Below, piece by piece: positions 51,110-61,648 of a stretch of 64,000 nucleotides of DNA. Origin of the DNA: an uncultured cyanobacterium. Its GTDB lineage: Bacteria > Cyanobacteriota > Cyanobacteriia > Cyanobacteriales > CAWCAG01. Positions within the stretch are counted from its first letter, which is position 1. Each line of letters opens with the position of its first letter. Made by a program: the position numbers and the translations under genes. The notes under the pieces are model-generated. The model ran no database searches, had not been told where the DNA came from, and saw only the letters and a program-made list of their open reading frames with translations. The DNA is taken from NCBI GenBank assembly GCA_963793425.1, contig CAWCAG010000005.1, forward strand, positions 1,984,001 through 2,048,000, written 5' to 3'.

Positions 51110-51931
51110 ATGATCTGGCCTTTTAAACCAAAACCTTCTCGACAAATCGCCCGCATAGAAATCACTGGTGCGATCGCCTCAGAAACCCGTAACCGAGTTC
51201 TCAAAGCGCTAAAAACCGTAGAAGAAAAGAAATTCCCCGCTTTGTTATTACGTATTGATTCTCCTGGGGGTACGGTAGGAGATTCCCAAGAAATTTATTA
51301 TGCCCTGAAGAAGTTACGAGAAAAGCTGGTTATTGTGGCTAGTTTTGGTAATATTTCTGCTTCTGGTGGGGTTTATATTGGCATGGGGGCAGAACATATC
51401 GTCGCCAACCCTGGTACTATCACTGGTAGCATTGGAGTTATTCTCCGGGGTAATAATTTAGAGCGGTTATTAGATAAAATCGGTGTTTCTTTCAAAGTAA
51501 TTAAATCTGGTCCCTACAAAGATATTTTAGCTTTTGATCGAGAATTAACCGAAGCAGAAGAAGTTATCCTGCAAGAGTTAATTGATGTTAGTTATAAACA
51601 ATTTGTTCAAACAGTAGCCGAAGGAAGAAACCTAGCAGAAGACACCGTAAGAACTTTTGCTGATGGTCGTATTTTCACCGGGGAACAAGCTTTAGGCTTA
51701 GGAGTTGTCGATCGTTTAGGTACAGAAGAAGATGCCCGTTGTTGGGCAGCAGAGTTAGCCGGATTAGATCCAGAAAAAGCTAAATGCCAAGATATTGAAG
51801 AAAAGAAATCTCGTTTAGCACGTTTGTTATCTGGTAGCAAGCAAAGTTCTTCTAGTGTGGGCAAGGCAGTAAACTGGTTAGAGTTTGAACTTGCTACGAG
51901 TGGGCAACCTTTGTGGCTTTATCGACCTTAG
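51110..51931 (+). CDS. sppA: Signal peptide peptidase SppA (short form)
   Basis: RIDSPGG, SASGGVY, TGSIGV, KSGPYKD; start placed at ATG 51110. Confidence 0.93.
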   Translation: MIWPFKPKPSRQIARIEITGAIASETRNRVLKALKTVEEKKFPALLLRIDSPGGTVGDSQEIYYALKKLREKLVIVASFGNISASGGVYIGMGAEHIVANPGTITGSIGVILRGNNLERLLDKIGVSFKVIKSGPYKDILAFDRELTEAEEVILQELIDVSYKQFVQTVAEGRNLAEDTVRTFADGRIFTGEQALGLGVVDRLGTEEDARCWAAELAGLDPEKAKCQDIEEKKSRLARLLSGSKQSSSSVGKAVNWLEFELATSGQPLWLYRP

Positions 51932-52009
51932 TTTTGGGTGACAGGGTGACAGGGTGACGGGGTGAATTGTAAACTCTTAACCCTATTTTCTACAAATGAT
52001 AAATGATAA

Positions 52010-52417
52010 ATGATTGAGGATTTTGTTGTGGAATGGAAGGTACGAGGTATTCGTGGGGCAACAACTGTTTCTCAAAACACAGTTGAAGCAATGACAGAAG
52101 CGGTTAAGGAATTATTAGATGAAATTGAAACTCGCAACGAATTAGATCCAGAAGAAATTGTCTGTGCTTTTTTCACTGCGACTAAAGATTTAGATGCTAT
52201 ATTTCCGGCGGCAGTTTGTCGGCAACGCCCTAAATGGGATGATGTCCCTTTATTAGATTTCCAACAAATGAAGGTAGAAGATAGTTTGGAACGTTGTATC
52301 AGAGTTTTGATTCAAGTTAATAGTCCAAAACCTCAAAAGGCCATGATTCACTCTTATTTACGGCAAGCAACAAATCTTCGGCCAGATTGGAGTTTGGTGG
52401 AAATGGCTAATGGTTAA
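52010..52417 (+). CDS. aroH: Chorismate mutase, AroH class (true start may be GTG 52028)
   Basis: VRGIRGATT, DLDAIFPA, RCIRVL, YL....LRPD. Confidence 0.93.
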   Translation: MIEDFVVEWKVRGIRGATTVSQNTVEAMTEAVKELLDEIETRNELDPEEIVCAFFTATKDLDAIFPAAVCRQRPKWDDVPLLDFQQMKVEDSLERCIRVLIQVNSPKPQKAMIHSYLRQATNLRPDWSLVEMANG

Positions 52418-52420
52418 TTG

Positions 52421-54130
52421 CTAGCAACTAGCAATTAACAAACTACGAAAACGATTAATCGCCGCAGCCAATTCAAAACGCCGAAACATAGCTAAATCTC
52501 CTTGAGGGAAATTAGTAATCACATCTAAACCTTGAGAAGCAATATCGGCCATAATTAAATCTAAAACCTCGGCTAAAGTTTTTTGTTCATCCAAATAATT
52601 CTCTTTGCCATAAACAATAGCTGCCGCGATCGCCTTTAATTGTCCCGCTTCAACAATTTGGCTTACTGCCCCTAAATCGATATCTTCCTTACCAAAAGCA
52701 ATTTCATCGTCCCTAACCTTAAAACTCACTGCCTTTTTGCCACGACTGGGGTCAATGCTACTCCCTAAAGGTATTCTAGGAGTAATCTTACCAAAACCTG
52801 ACCCTCCTTCTGCAAGACGCTGAGTCGCATTGCTGCGGCTAATTTCCTTAGCTTTAGCTGTCACATCAAAAGGAACAAAGTTTTCCATCGCTATAACCGT
52901 ATCTGCCACATCAAAATAATCTCCGCTTCCCCCCATCACCAAAATTGTTGACACCCCACAATCTTGATTTAGTTGCTGCACTTTATCAATAAAAGGAGTA
53001 ATAGGTTCCTTTTCTTTCGCAATTAATTGTTGCATCCGGCGATCGCGAATCATAAAATTCGTCGCGGCAGTATCTTCATCAATTAATAGCAACTTTGTCC
53101 CCACTTCCAAAGCCTCAATAATATTGGCAGCTTGAGAGGTACTGCCGCTAGCATTAGGAGTAGAAAAATTAGTAGTTGAACGTCCTTGGGGTAAATGATT
53201 AATAAAAGGGGAAATATCCACCCCCACAATCCCTCTACCATCTTCTGCCCGTATTTTAACCGCCGTTGCTTCTGTTACCACCAACTCCCTCCCATCCCCA
53301 GGAATAGAGTTATAAACCCCCAATTCCAAAGCCCGCAGTAAAGTAGATTTGCCATGATAGCCACCCCCCACAATTAAGGTTATACCTTGAGGAATTCCTG
53401 TACCAGTAATTAAACCCTGATTAGGAAGATTAAATTCAACCTTTAAAGAAGAAGGTGTTTGCCAGGGAACAGAATTATTTTCTAACGGACGCTCATCAAT
53501 ACCACTGCGTCGAGGTAAAATTGCTCCATCGGGAATAAAAGCAACTAAACACTTTTTCACTAACTGTTGCCGCAACCAATTTGCATCCTCAACAGTTTTT
53601 ACTTGTTGTTGTATAGCTTGGGCATCCAAAGCAGAATATTTAAGGGTGCGATTAACAATTTCTGGGACATTTTCTAACAGCATTTCTGCTGCTTGGCGAC
53701 CTAAAATTCTCCTTCCCCTAGCAGGTAATCCTACTAAAAAGCGTATCTCCACTTCCTGAGCATTAACTGTCGCGGCATTACGAGAAATGACTTCTTGTCC
53801 AAAACGAGTAATAGCAATTAACCCACTTTTACCAGAACCTCGTTGACAACTAAATCCTTGAACAAGTTTAGCAAACCGCCGAATTAAATAATCTTCTAAA
53901 GCAATTTTCCGACTCAAAGATTGATAAAGTTGACCAGGGAAATTAGCGATATTTTGAGGTACTTTAACCCGCAACTTACTAGGGGAGGCAAAAGGATCAC
54001 CTTGAACGCGATCTACAATTAAGATAAAGTCAGGAAATTGGTAACTCCCTTCAATATCCCGATAAGCTTTGTAGCTGCAATTATCAAGTTGTAATAATTT
54101 AGAGTAAAGATTTTCGTGATTTTTCATCAA
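52421..54130 (-). CDS. Predicted ABC-class ATPase (ABC_ATPase family)
   Basis: VQGDPFASPS, GGGYHGKST, ASGSTSQA, LLIDED. Confidence 0.9.
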   Translation of the reverse strand: MMKNHENLYSKLLQLDNCSYKAYRDIEGSYQFPDFILIVDRVQGDPFASPSKLRVKVPQNIANFPGQLYQSLSRKIALEDYLIRRFAKLVQGFSCQRGSGKSGLIAITRFGQEVISRNAATVNAQEVEIRFLVGLPARGRRILGRQAAEMLLENVPEIVNRTLKYSALDAQAIQQQVKTVEDANWLRQQLVKKCLVAFIPDGAILPRRSGIDERPLENNSVPWQTPSSLKVEFNLPNQGLITGTGIPQGITLIVGGGYHGKSTLLRALELGVYNSIPGDGRELVVTEATAVKIRAEDGRGIVGVDISPFINHLPQGRSTTNFSTPNASGSTSQAANIIEALEVGTKLLLIDEDTAATNFMIRDRRMQQLIAKEKEPITPFIDKVQQLNQDCGVSTILVMGGSGDYFDVADTVIAMENFVPFDVTAKAKEISRSNATQRLAEGGSGFGKITPRIPLGSSIDPSRGKKAVSFKVRDDEIAFGKEDIDLGAVSQIVEAGQLKAIAAAIVYGKENYLDEQKTLAEVLDLIMADIASQGLDVITNFPQGDLAMFRRFELAAAINRFRSLLIASC

Positions 54131-54170
54131 CTTAATTGTTAGTAAAGGGGATAATTTAAGGTTTTATTAT

Positions 54171-54263
54171 TTACTCTCCCATTGATGCTAGTGCTTTGCT
54201 TATTATCTGCAACAGCTGTAGTAAGCTCCCTTTGCTTAAGAAAATTGCAGGAGACTTAGCCAA
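54171..54263 (-). pseudogene. Internally deleted DUF3368/PIN toxin remnant (30 codons)
   Basis: TTG start overlaps the antitoxin stop; reads (M)AKSPAIFLSKGSLLQLLQIISKALASMGE, resembling the two ends of DUF3368 proteins. Confidence 0.55.
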
Positions 54264-54507
54264 GATTTAACTCCCTTTGTAGATCCTCAAAATCAACGCT
54301 GAAGACATCAACTTGTTCACGGGCAAGGGCAGCTAAAAAGTCTCTACGGTTAATTCCGGCAATTTGAGCAGCTTTTTCTTGGGATATTTCACTCTTTTGA
54401 TACCAGAAAATGGCAGCAGCTAAACGCATTTCCTGTACAAATTCTTGGGGAGGAAGACGGCGGGTAGAGAAAACTTCTTCTGGTAGGTTGATAGTTATTT
54501 TTGACAT
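54256..54507 (-). CDS. UPF0175 family putative antitoxin
   Basis: EMRLAAA..WYQ...ISQEKAAQIAGINRRDFL. Confidence 0.9.
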   Translation of the reverse strand: MSKITINLPEEVFSTRRLPPQEFVQEMRLAAAIFWYQKSEISQEKAAQIAGINRRDFLAALAREQVDVFSVDFEDLQRELNLG

Positions 54508-54554
54508 GACGGTTATTATAAGAGATAAATTGCTTATTTACTTTCTTAGTAGCA

Positions 54555-55181
54555 ATGACTGCAACCTTAATTCAAAGTCCAGATCGAGTCTTATTAGAAA
54601 ATATTAGCTGGAATACGTACAAATCTTTAGTCCAAGACTTTGAACAACAGCCAGCAATTCGTTTAACCTATGATCAAGGTCGATTAGAAATAAGAATGCC
54701 TTTAGATCCCCACGAAACCTACAAGAAACTTCTAGGGCGCTTAGTAGAAGCATTAACAGAAGAATTAGGTGTAGAAATTCGTAGCTTGGGTTCGAGGACT
54801 TGTGCTAGGGAAGATTTAATACAAGGATTAGAACCAGATCAGTGTTACTACATCCAAAATGAACAAGCCGTATGGGATAAAGAACAAATTGATTTAGAGC
54901 AAGATCCACCTCCAGATTTAGCTATTGAAATTGATATTACCAGTAGTTCCATTAATAGAATGGAAATTTATTTGAACTTAGGTGTCCCTGAAATCTGGCG
55001 TTATGATGGGCAGTTATTGAAGATGTATGCTCTCAAAGACGGGCAATATCAACCTTGTAGTTGTAGCCTTGCCTTTCCCTTCTTAAAAGGTGAAGAGATT
55101 GAGAGGTTTTTGACTCTGAAGAAAACCACTAGGGAGAATGCTTTAATTAGTATGTTTCGACAGTGGGTGCGTAAATTGTAA
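54555..55181 (+). CDS. Uma2 family (PD-(D/E)XK) endonuclease-like protein
   Basis: ISW..Y, EPDQCYY, PPPDLAIEIDIT, LGVPEIWRYDG. Confidence 0.93.
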   Translation: MTATLIQSPDRVLLENISWNTYKSLVQDFEQQPAIRLTYDQGRLEIRMPLDPHETYKKLLGRLVEALTEELGVEIRSLGSRTCAREDLIQGLEPDQCYYIQNEQAVWDKEQIDLEQDPPPDLAIEIDITSSSINRMEIYLNLGVPEIWRYDGQLLKMYALKDGQYQPCSCSLAFPFLKGEEIERFLTLKKTTRENALISMFRQWVRKL

Positions 55182-55241
55182 AAAATCATTTCTTAAAACC
55201 ACAACTCCACCTCCCAAATTTATAATCTTTAGTTATTTAAG

Positions 55242-55724
55242 ATGAAATTACGCCCCGCTACTCCCAGCGATTTGACTCTACTGCAACACTGGGATAAACA
55301 ACCTCACGTAATTTCCTCAGATCCTAATGATGACTGGGATTGGCAAATAGAACTTAACCGTAATCCAGACTGGAGAGAGCAATTAATTGCTGAAATTGAT
55401 TATCGTCCCATCGGATGTATCCAAATCATAGATCCAGCCCGTGAGGATAGCCACTATTGGGGTGAAATTGAGGCTAATCTTCGTGCTATTGACATTTGGA
55501 TTGGGGAAGAAACTGATTTAGGTAAAGGTTATGGCACAAAAATGATGCACCTTGCCCTTGCCCGATGTTTTGCTGATCCCCTGGTGACAAGCGTACTCGT
55601 TGATCCCCTTGCCAGTAACACTCGCGCCCACCGTTTCTATGAACGTCTTGGCTTCCAATTTGTTGAAAAGCGGCAATTTGATGATGATAACTGCTTCGTT
55701 TATCGCTTAAATCGGGTAGATTAG
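55242..55724 (+). CDS. GNAT acetyltransferase (AAC(6')-like subfamily)
   Basis: AIDIWIGE...GKGYG, DP...N.RA.RFYERLGF. Confidence 0.85.
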   Translation: MKLRPATPSDLTLLQHWDKQPHVISSDPNDDWDWQIELNRNPDWREQLIAEIDYRPIGCIQIIDPAREDSHYWGEIEANLRAIDIWIGEETDLGKGYGTKMMHLALARCFADPLVTSVLVDPLASNTRAHRFYERLGFQFVEKRQFDDDNCFVYRLNRVD

Positions 55725-55835
55725 CTAGTAAGAAAGCACAATTGCATAGTCATCAATAAACCTCTCTCGTACCCCTGCTCCTTGCTATATAATCTTTGGT
55801 TACTAAGCTAATTTGAACACAAAGGAAAATAACCC

Positions 55836-56144
55836 ATGCCAGAAGCAGTCGGAGTCATCCAAACATTAGGCTTTCCTGGAATTTTAGCAGCAGCAGACGC
55901 AATGGTTAAAGGGGCGCAAGTTACTGTAGTTCATTGCGACAAAGCAGAAAGCGGCAACTTCTTTGTGGCTATTCGTGGTAGCGTTTCTGAAGTTAAAATG
56001 GCTATGGAATCAGGATTAGAAGCCGCTACAGAAACTTTTGGTTCTCAAGTTACAACTCACTATATCGTTCCTAATCCCCCAGAAAACATTGTCGCTATTT
56101 TACCTATAGCTTATACAGAAGAAGTAGAAGTGTTCCGAATATGA
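55836..56144 (+). CDS. ccmK3: Carboxysome shell protein CcmK3
   Basis: BMC domain AVGVIQTLGFP..LAAADAMVKG; first of a satellite pair. Confidence 0.88.
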   Translation: MPEAVGVIQTLGFPGILAAADAMVKGAQVTVVHCDKAESGNFFVAIRGSVSEVKMAMESGLEAATETFGSQVTTHYIVPNPPENIVAILPIAYTEEVEVFRI

Positions 56145-56255
56145 CAAATGCTGGTGATTCTTCTATATAAATGCCCAATGGTGCGTAAAGACCCGTAAAA
56201 TTAAAGTTTAGGTTTTATTGCTATCTAATATTAAATTATAAAAGGGAGGGAACTC

Positions 56256-56618
56256 GTGACACAACAAGCAGTTGGCTCAATTGAAACAAAAGGTTTTCCA
56301 GGAATCTTAGCAGCAGCAGATGCCATGGTTAAAGCTGGGCGAGTTACTCTAGTGGGATATATCAGAGTTGGTAGCGCCCGTTTTAATATCAACATCCGAG
56401 GGGATGTCTCAGAAGTTAAAAGATCAATGGAAGCTGGTATTGATGCGGTGGAAAAAGTTGCCGGGGCTACTTTAGAATCTTGGGTAATCATCCCTCGTCC
56501 CCACGAAAACGTAGTTTCAGTTTTACCAATTGATTACAGTGAATCCGTAGAAGTGTTCCGAGAAGCGGTAGAAATGCCTAGGATGATAGGGCCAAATGGC
56601 GGCTTGCGAGGAAGGTAA
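56256..56618 (+). CDS. ccmK4: Carboxysome shell protein CcmK4
   Basis: AVGSIETKGFPGILAAADAMVKAGRVT...IIPRPHENV. Confidence 0.9.
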   Translation: MTQQAVGSIETKGFPGILAAADAMVKAGRVTLVGYIRVGSARFNINIRGDVSEVKRSMEAGIDAVEKVAGATLESWVIIPRPHENVVSVLPIDYSESVEVFREAVEMPRMIGPNGGLRGR

Positions 56619-56719
56619 TCAATTATCAATGTACGGTTTGCCGTTGCTGTTGGGTATTAATTGATCAGTTATTAGTTGTTGACTTACGGCTTAGTGTTGC
56701 GATTGAGCATTAATGATAA

Positions 56720-58045
56720 ATGTTCAATGTTCAATGTATTGGTTTTTTGGGGATCTTTTTATTTTCTCTTGGCTTGAGATTTTGGGGCTTGGGGCGTTTT
56801 GATGAGCTTGTTTTTGATGAAGTTTATTTTGCTAAATATGGCTATAACTATCTTCAACAAATTTCTTTTTTTGATGTCCATCCCCCTTTAGGAAAATACT
56901 TAATTAGCCTAGGAATATGGCTGCATACTTACCTTTTTAAGCAAGGGGATACAGCCGTAGCTTATCGTTGGTTAAATGCGTTCACAGGTTCTTTTCTGCC
57001 CTTAATTGTTGGTGGAATCGCCTATCAATTAACTCGCCGTTCTAGTTATGCTTTGATTGCTAGTTTCTTAGCAGCTACAGACGGTTTATTATTAGTAGAA
57101 TCTCGTTATGGCTTAATTAATATTTATCTGCTGGCTTTCGGTTTGTTGGGGCAGTTATTATTTCTTCTTGCTCTCAACTTACCTCATAAACAGCAATTTT
57201 ACTTCCTTTATTCGGGCATCTTTTTCAGTTTTTGCCTTGCTGTTAAATGGAATGGTTTAGGATTTTTGTTAGGAATTTATTTATTTTATGGCTTAGTCAA
57301 AGGAACAGAAAAGCTAAAATTCTCTTTACATCATTCTTTATGGCAACAATTAAGCAAAATAAATCTTTTAGATTTTCTTCTCAACTTCGCCATCATTCCT
57401 GCCTTAATTTACCGCCTCTTATGGATTCCTCATTTAGCCATAAACCAAGAGTTTGATTTTTGGCAAGTACATCAACAAATCTTTGGTTATCACAACAGTA
57501 TCGGCAACACAACCACAACCCATCCCTACTGCTCAGCTTGGTATACTTGGCCTTTAATGCTTCGTCCTGTGGGCTATTATTATCAACAAGTTGAAAATTC
57601 TGTAGGGAATGTAACTATCTATGACGTTCATGCTATAGGAAACCCCTTACTTTGGTGGCTTTCTACTGGGGCAATATTAATATTATGCGTAGGTTTATTT
57701 GTACAATTAACAAAGTATCTGAGAAAGAGAAAAATTCATTCCGAAAACTTTTGTATCTCGATTTTTCTTATCTTAAATTATGCAGCCAACTTTTTACCTT
57801 GGCTTAAAGTAACTCGTTGCACTTATATTTACCATTATATGGGGGCTTCTCTCTTTGCTTTTCTTGCCCTAGCTTGGTTAATTGATAAATGTTTCAATAG
57901 TTCTCTAAGCCAATACAAATATTTTGGAGTGATTGCGATCGCCTTCATTTTTTGCGCTTATCTATTTTGGCTACCAATTTATCTTGGTTTACCCCTTTCC
58001 CAACCAGAATTTGCTACTCGTATGTGGTTATCATCTTGGCGCTAA
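56720..58045 (+). CDS. Protein O-mannosyltransferase-like (PMT, GT-C) membrane glycosyltransferase
   Basis: VFDEVYF, DVHPPLGK, VESR, HPYCS.W..WPL, YHY. Confidence 0.9.
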   Translation: MFNVQCIGFLGIFLFSLGLRFWGLGRFDELVFDEVYFAKYGYNYLQQISFFDVHPPLGKYLISLGIWLHTYLFKQGDTAVAYRWLNAFTGSFLPLIVGGIAYQLTRRSSYALIASFLAATDGLLLVESRYGLINIYLLAFGLLGQLLFLLALNLPHKQQFYFLYSGIFFSFCLAVKWNGLGFLLGIYLFYGLVKGTEKLKFSLHHSLWQQLSKINLLDFLLNFAIIPALIYRLLWIPHLAINQEFDFWQVHQQIFGYHNSIGNTTTTHPYCSAWYTWPLMLRPVGYYYQQVENSVGNVTIYDVHAIGNPLLWWLSTGAILILCVGLFVQLTKYLRKRKIHSENFCISIFLILNYAANFLPWLKVTRCTYIYHYMGASLFAFLALAWLIDKCFNSSLSQYKYFGVIAIAFIFCAYLFWLPIYLGLPLSQPEFATRMWLSSWR

Positions 58046-58061
58046 ATCATTAAACATTAAA

Positions 58062-58096
58062 CATTATTGGCGCTAGCCTTGCACCCTGGCTACATT
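58062..58096. repeat. 35-bp dispersed repeat, copy 2
   Basis: Identical to 49953-49987. Confidence 0.9.
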
Positions 58097-58271
58097 GAAC
58101 AGCCATCACCTATTACCTATTACCTATTACTTCCCCAGCTCCCCATCTCCCCATCTCCCCATCTCTCCATCTCCCCATCTCTCCATCTCCCAGTAGGCGA
58201 GTTAGCAATTAGCCGCCCAATTAGACTAGGATCAAAATAGAGTTGTGAAAAAAAGTATCAAAAGGTGAACT

Positions 58272-58511
58272 ATGTCTACAATGGCACTGACTCCCGATAA
58301 CGTTGAACAAGTACTTGATGAAATGCGTCCCTATCTAATGGCAGATGGTGGCAACGTGGATTTAGTAGAAATAGATGGTCCCATTGTTAAATTAAGGTTA
58401 CAGGGGGCTTGTGGCTCTTGTCCTAGTTCTGCTATGACTTTAAAAATGGGTATTGAGCGCCGTCTTCGGGAATATATTCCTGAAATTTCTGAAGTTGCAC
58501 AGGTTATCTAA
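58272..58511 (+). CDS. nfuA: NfuA/NifU-like Fe-S cluster scaffold
   Basis: [18 protein letters not shown]. Confidence 0.93.
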   Translation: MSTMALTPDNVEQVLDEMRPYLMADGGNVDLVEIDGPIVKLRLQGACGSCPSSAMTLKMGIERRLREYIPEISEVAQVI

Positions 58512-58679
58512 TTGTTTTTTCTGGGCAGGGATAAGTACATCTGGAGAATTTTAAATTACTCCAAGGATGAAAATATACTCCTGTAGATCGCAAGGGTAGA
58601 GCAAATTGTTCTGCCCTTATTTAATATAATTATCATCAAAAATCAAACGCAATATTCTAGAGGATAGGCTCTTAAGATT

Positions 58680-59309
58680 GTGGTAAAATTCGTTGCCTTT
58701 GAAAATAGCCAAGATCCTGATTTCGCAGCAGTCATTAATATTTATCAGGAGGCTTTTCCGCTTAGTGAAAGGATTGCTAATTCTTGGGTTAAACAAAGAA
58801 TTGACAACGGCGATTATAAATTATTTGTTGGCTATCAAGAAAAGCTGGTAGCTTTTATGGCTATACTTTCTCCTATAACTGATACTCAATTTGTTTTACT
58901 TGCCTACATTGCTACCCAAGCAAACTACCGCAATCAAGGAATTGGTAGCAAATTTCTCAATTATATTTTGCCAAAGTTGCAGCAACAAGAAAAATATCTC
59001 CTTCTAGAAGTAGAAAATCCTCAATATGGTGATGATCCCCAATTAAGAGAACGCAGACTTAACTTTTATCGTAGAATAGGAGCGCAGCAATTAAAAAATG
59101 TCAGGTTTGCTATACCACCTTTGGCTGAAAATTCACCTGTGGAAATGCTTTTAATGATTGCCCCTCCTTACCACCAAAAATCACTGTCAGAGAAGATAGT
59201 TAAAAAGATGATTACTTGGCTTTTCGTTGTCGGTTATCAAGGCTCTCCTGACAGCACTTTATTGACAGAATTACTTAACGAAGTTGAGGAGATTGTTGAA
59301 TTAATTTGA
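58680..59309 (+). CDS. GNAT acetyltransferase
   Basis: IY.EAFP..ER, YRNQGIGS, LLEVE, RR..FYRR.G. Confidence 0.85.
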   Translation: MVKFVAFENSQDPDFAAVINIYQEAFPLSERIANSWVKQRIDNGDYKLFVGYQEKLVAFMAILSPITDTQFVLLAYIATQANYRNQGIGSKFLNYILPKLQQQEKYLLLEVENPQYGDDPQLRERRLNFYRRIGAQQLKNVRFAIPPLAENSPVEMLLMIAPPYHQKSLSEKIVKKMITWLFVVGYQGSPDSTLLTELLNEVEEIVELI

Positions 59310-59445
59310 AACAAATAATTTAAACCAGAGCAATTTAATAATGTCCTGCTTCTGGTAATATGAAATAGAAAGGTGGAGAAGTTAACTAAAAATCCTCTGC
59401 ATTTAAACTTAGGTACATCAACACATAATTTATAGCAAACACTGA

Positions 59446-60915
59446 ATGACTGTTCGAGTTCGCATTGCCCCAAGCCCCACTGGAAACCTCCATATTGGTA
59501 CAGCCAGGACAGCATTATTTAACTGGCTATTTGCCCGCCATCAAGGTGGTAAGTTTGTTTTACGCATCGAAGATACTGATCAATCGCGATCGCGCCCTGA
59601 ATATACAGAAAATATCCTTGAGGGCTTAACTTGGTTGGGGCTAGATTGGGATGAAGGGCCTTTTTTCCAATCTCAACGTCTGGAACTATATCAAACAGCA
59701 ATTCAAACCCTGATTGATCAGGATTTAGCTTATCATTGTTACTGCACAGAAGCAGAACTTAATCAACTTCGGGAAGAACAAAAAGCCAAAAAACAAGCTC
59801 CCCGCTACGACAATCGTCACCGCAATTTAACCACCGAAGAAAAAGCCGCTTTTGAAGCAGAAGGTCGTCGTCCGGTGATCCGTTTTAAAATTGATGATGA
59901 TCAGAAAATTGTTTGGCAAGATCAAATTAGAGACCAAGTTACCTGGAGAGGTAGCGACTTAGGCGGGGATATGGTTATTGCCCGTACCTCAGATCAAGCA
60001 GATTTTGGTCAGCCTTTATATAACCTGGCGGTGGTGGTAGATGATGTGGATATGGGCATTACTCATGTTGTTCGAGGCGAAGATCATATTGCTAACACTG
60101 CCAAACAAATTTTACTCTACGAAGCGATAGGGGCAGAAGTCCCGGAATTTGCCCATACTCCTTTGATTTTGAATCCAGAAGGGAAAAAACTTTCTAAAAG
60201 AGATGGAGTTACATCTATTGATGATTTTAAAAAGATGGGCTTTTTACCAGAAGCCTTAGCTAATTATATGACTTTGTTAGGTTGGACTCCTCCGGATGCC
60301 ACAGAAGAGATTTTTACTATTTCTCAAGCCGCAGAAACATTTAGTTTAGATAGGGTTAATAAAGCCGGGGCTAAGTTTGATTGGGATAAGTTAGATTGGT
60401 TAAATTCTCAATATCTCCACCAAATTCCTGGGGAAGAATTAGTTGATTTATTAATTCCCTATTGGCAAGCAGCAGGGTATGAATTTGATGCAGATAAGGA
60501 ACGTTCTTGGTTAGTACAACTTGCGACCTTAATTGCTCCTAGTTTAACTCGTTTAACCGATGCGGCCGAAGAAAGTCGTCAAATTTTTAATCCTGCTTTC
60601 TCTTTAAAAGAAGAGGCGATCGCTCAATTACAAAAAGAAGGGGCAACCGAAGCAGTAAAAGCGATTAAAACCGCTTTAGAAGCAAGCAAAGAAGAGTTAA
60701 CCGAAGCTGATGCGAAACAACTAATTAAACAAGTAACTAAAGAACAGAAAATCAAAAAGGGCCTACTCATGCGTTCCTTACGGGCAGCCCTATTAGGTGA
60801 ACTCCAAGGCCCCGATTTGATGCAATCGTGGCTATTACTTAATCAAAAAGGCTTGGATAAGGAACGTTTGTCAATGATGTCTACGACAACGGCAAAGCCG
60901 AACAATGATGCCTAA
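59446..60915 (+). CDS. gltX: Glutamate--tRNA ligase
   Basis: [22 protein letters not shown]. Confidence 0.97.
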   Translation: MTVRVRIAPSPTGNLHIGTARTALFNWLFARHQGGKFVLRIEDTDQSRSRPEYTENILEGLTWLGLDWDEGPFFQSQRLELYQTAIQTLIDQDLAYHCYCTEAELNQLREEQKAKKQAPRYDNRHRNLTTEEKAAFEAEGRRPVIRFKIDDDQKIVWQDQIRDQVTWRGSDLGGDMVIARTSDQADFGQPLYNLAVVVDDVDMGITHVVRGEDHIANTAKQILLYEAIGAEVPEFAHTPLILNPEGKKLSKRDGVTSIDDFKKMGFLPEALANYMTLLGWTPPDATEEIFTISQAAETFSLDRVNKAGAKFDWDKLDWLNSQYLHQIPGEELVDLLIPYWQAAGYEFDADKERSWLVQLATLIAPSLTRLTDAAEESRQIFNPAFSLKEEAIAQLQKEGATEAVKAIKTALEASKEELTEADAKQLIKQVTKEQKIKKGLLMRSLRAALLGELQGPDLMQSWLLLNQKGLDKERLSMMSTTTAKPNNDA

Positions 60916-60945
60916 CGGAAACGGTAAAACCTTACAATTATTCGT

Positions 60946-61005
60946 GTAGGGGCGACCCGTTTCCTTTAATATTATTAACAAACCAGAGTTTAAATTGGGT
61001 CGCCC
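60946..61005. repeat. GTAG-family REP-like element
   Basis: GTAGGGGCGACCC...GGGTCGCCC. Confidence 0.6.
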
Positions 61006-61038
61006 ATCAACTAGCAACTAGCAACTAGCAACTAGCAA

Positions 61039-61566
61039 CTAGCAATTAGCAATTTTCCCATACTCCTGTTCAGTAAACATATCTTGAGTACTTTCTAAGC
61101 GATCTACAAAAAGTATGCCGTTGAGATGATCTAATTCGTGTTGAAAAATGCGGGCGACAAAACCTTCTAACTCCAGACGCTGTAAAATTCCTTCTTGGTT
61201 GGTATACTCTACTTCAATAGCTTGATATCGAGGAACCAAGCCGCGAATACCAGGTATACTTAAACAACCTTCCCAATCCTTGACCATTTCAGTAGAATGG
61301 CTCAGTACTTTGGGGTTAATCATGGCTGTAGGTTCCATTTCTGGGGCCTGGGGATAGCGAGGGTTGGGGTGAGAAGCAACAATAAATAAGCGGTAAGGTT
61401 GGCAGATTTGAGGGGCAGCAATACCAACACCATTAGTCAAAGCAGCCTTAGCAATAAGATCATCAATGAGGTTGTGGATTTCTTCCCTTTGAGGATCTTC
61501 GACTTGATTCGCTATTCGGCGTAAAAGAGGATTGCCCAACTGAGCAATTTTAGGAAGTTCAGCCAT
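61039..61566 (-). CDS. def: Peptide deformylase
   Basis: GVGIAAPQ, EGCLS, QHELDH. Confidence 0.96.
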   Translation of the reverse strand: MAELPKIAQLGNPLLRRIANQVEDPQREEIHNLIDDLIAKAALTNGVGIAAPQICQPYRLFIVASHPNPRYPQAPEMEPTAMINPKVLSHSTEMVKDWEGCLSIPGIRGLVPRYQAIEVEYTNQEGILQRLELEGFVARIFQHELDHLNGILFVDRLESTQDMFTEQEYGKIANC

Positions 61567-61648
61567 GAGAAAACAATTTGTCTATCAATTAAGAACTATT
61601 TTTATTGTGGCTTAATTGTTTAGTTTCGCCCATCGTTAAGCAAAAACC

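Noticed and set aside
54555..55181. Uma2 gene as part of a restriction or defence system
   Set aside because: Uma2 paralogs are abundant and scattered in cyanobacteria; no methylase or partner gene is adjacent.
49953..58096. 35-bp repeat as a CRISPR direct repeat or att sites of an integrated element
   Set aside because: Only two copies 8 kb apart, enclosing core genes (sppA, aroH, ccmK3/K4), with no integrase.
60916..61038. tRNA gene after gltX
   Set aside because: No cloverleaf or T-loop motif, only a REP-like hairpin and heptamer repeats; I found no tRNA or rRNA in the window.
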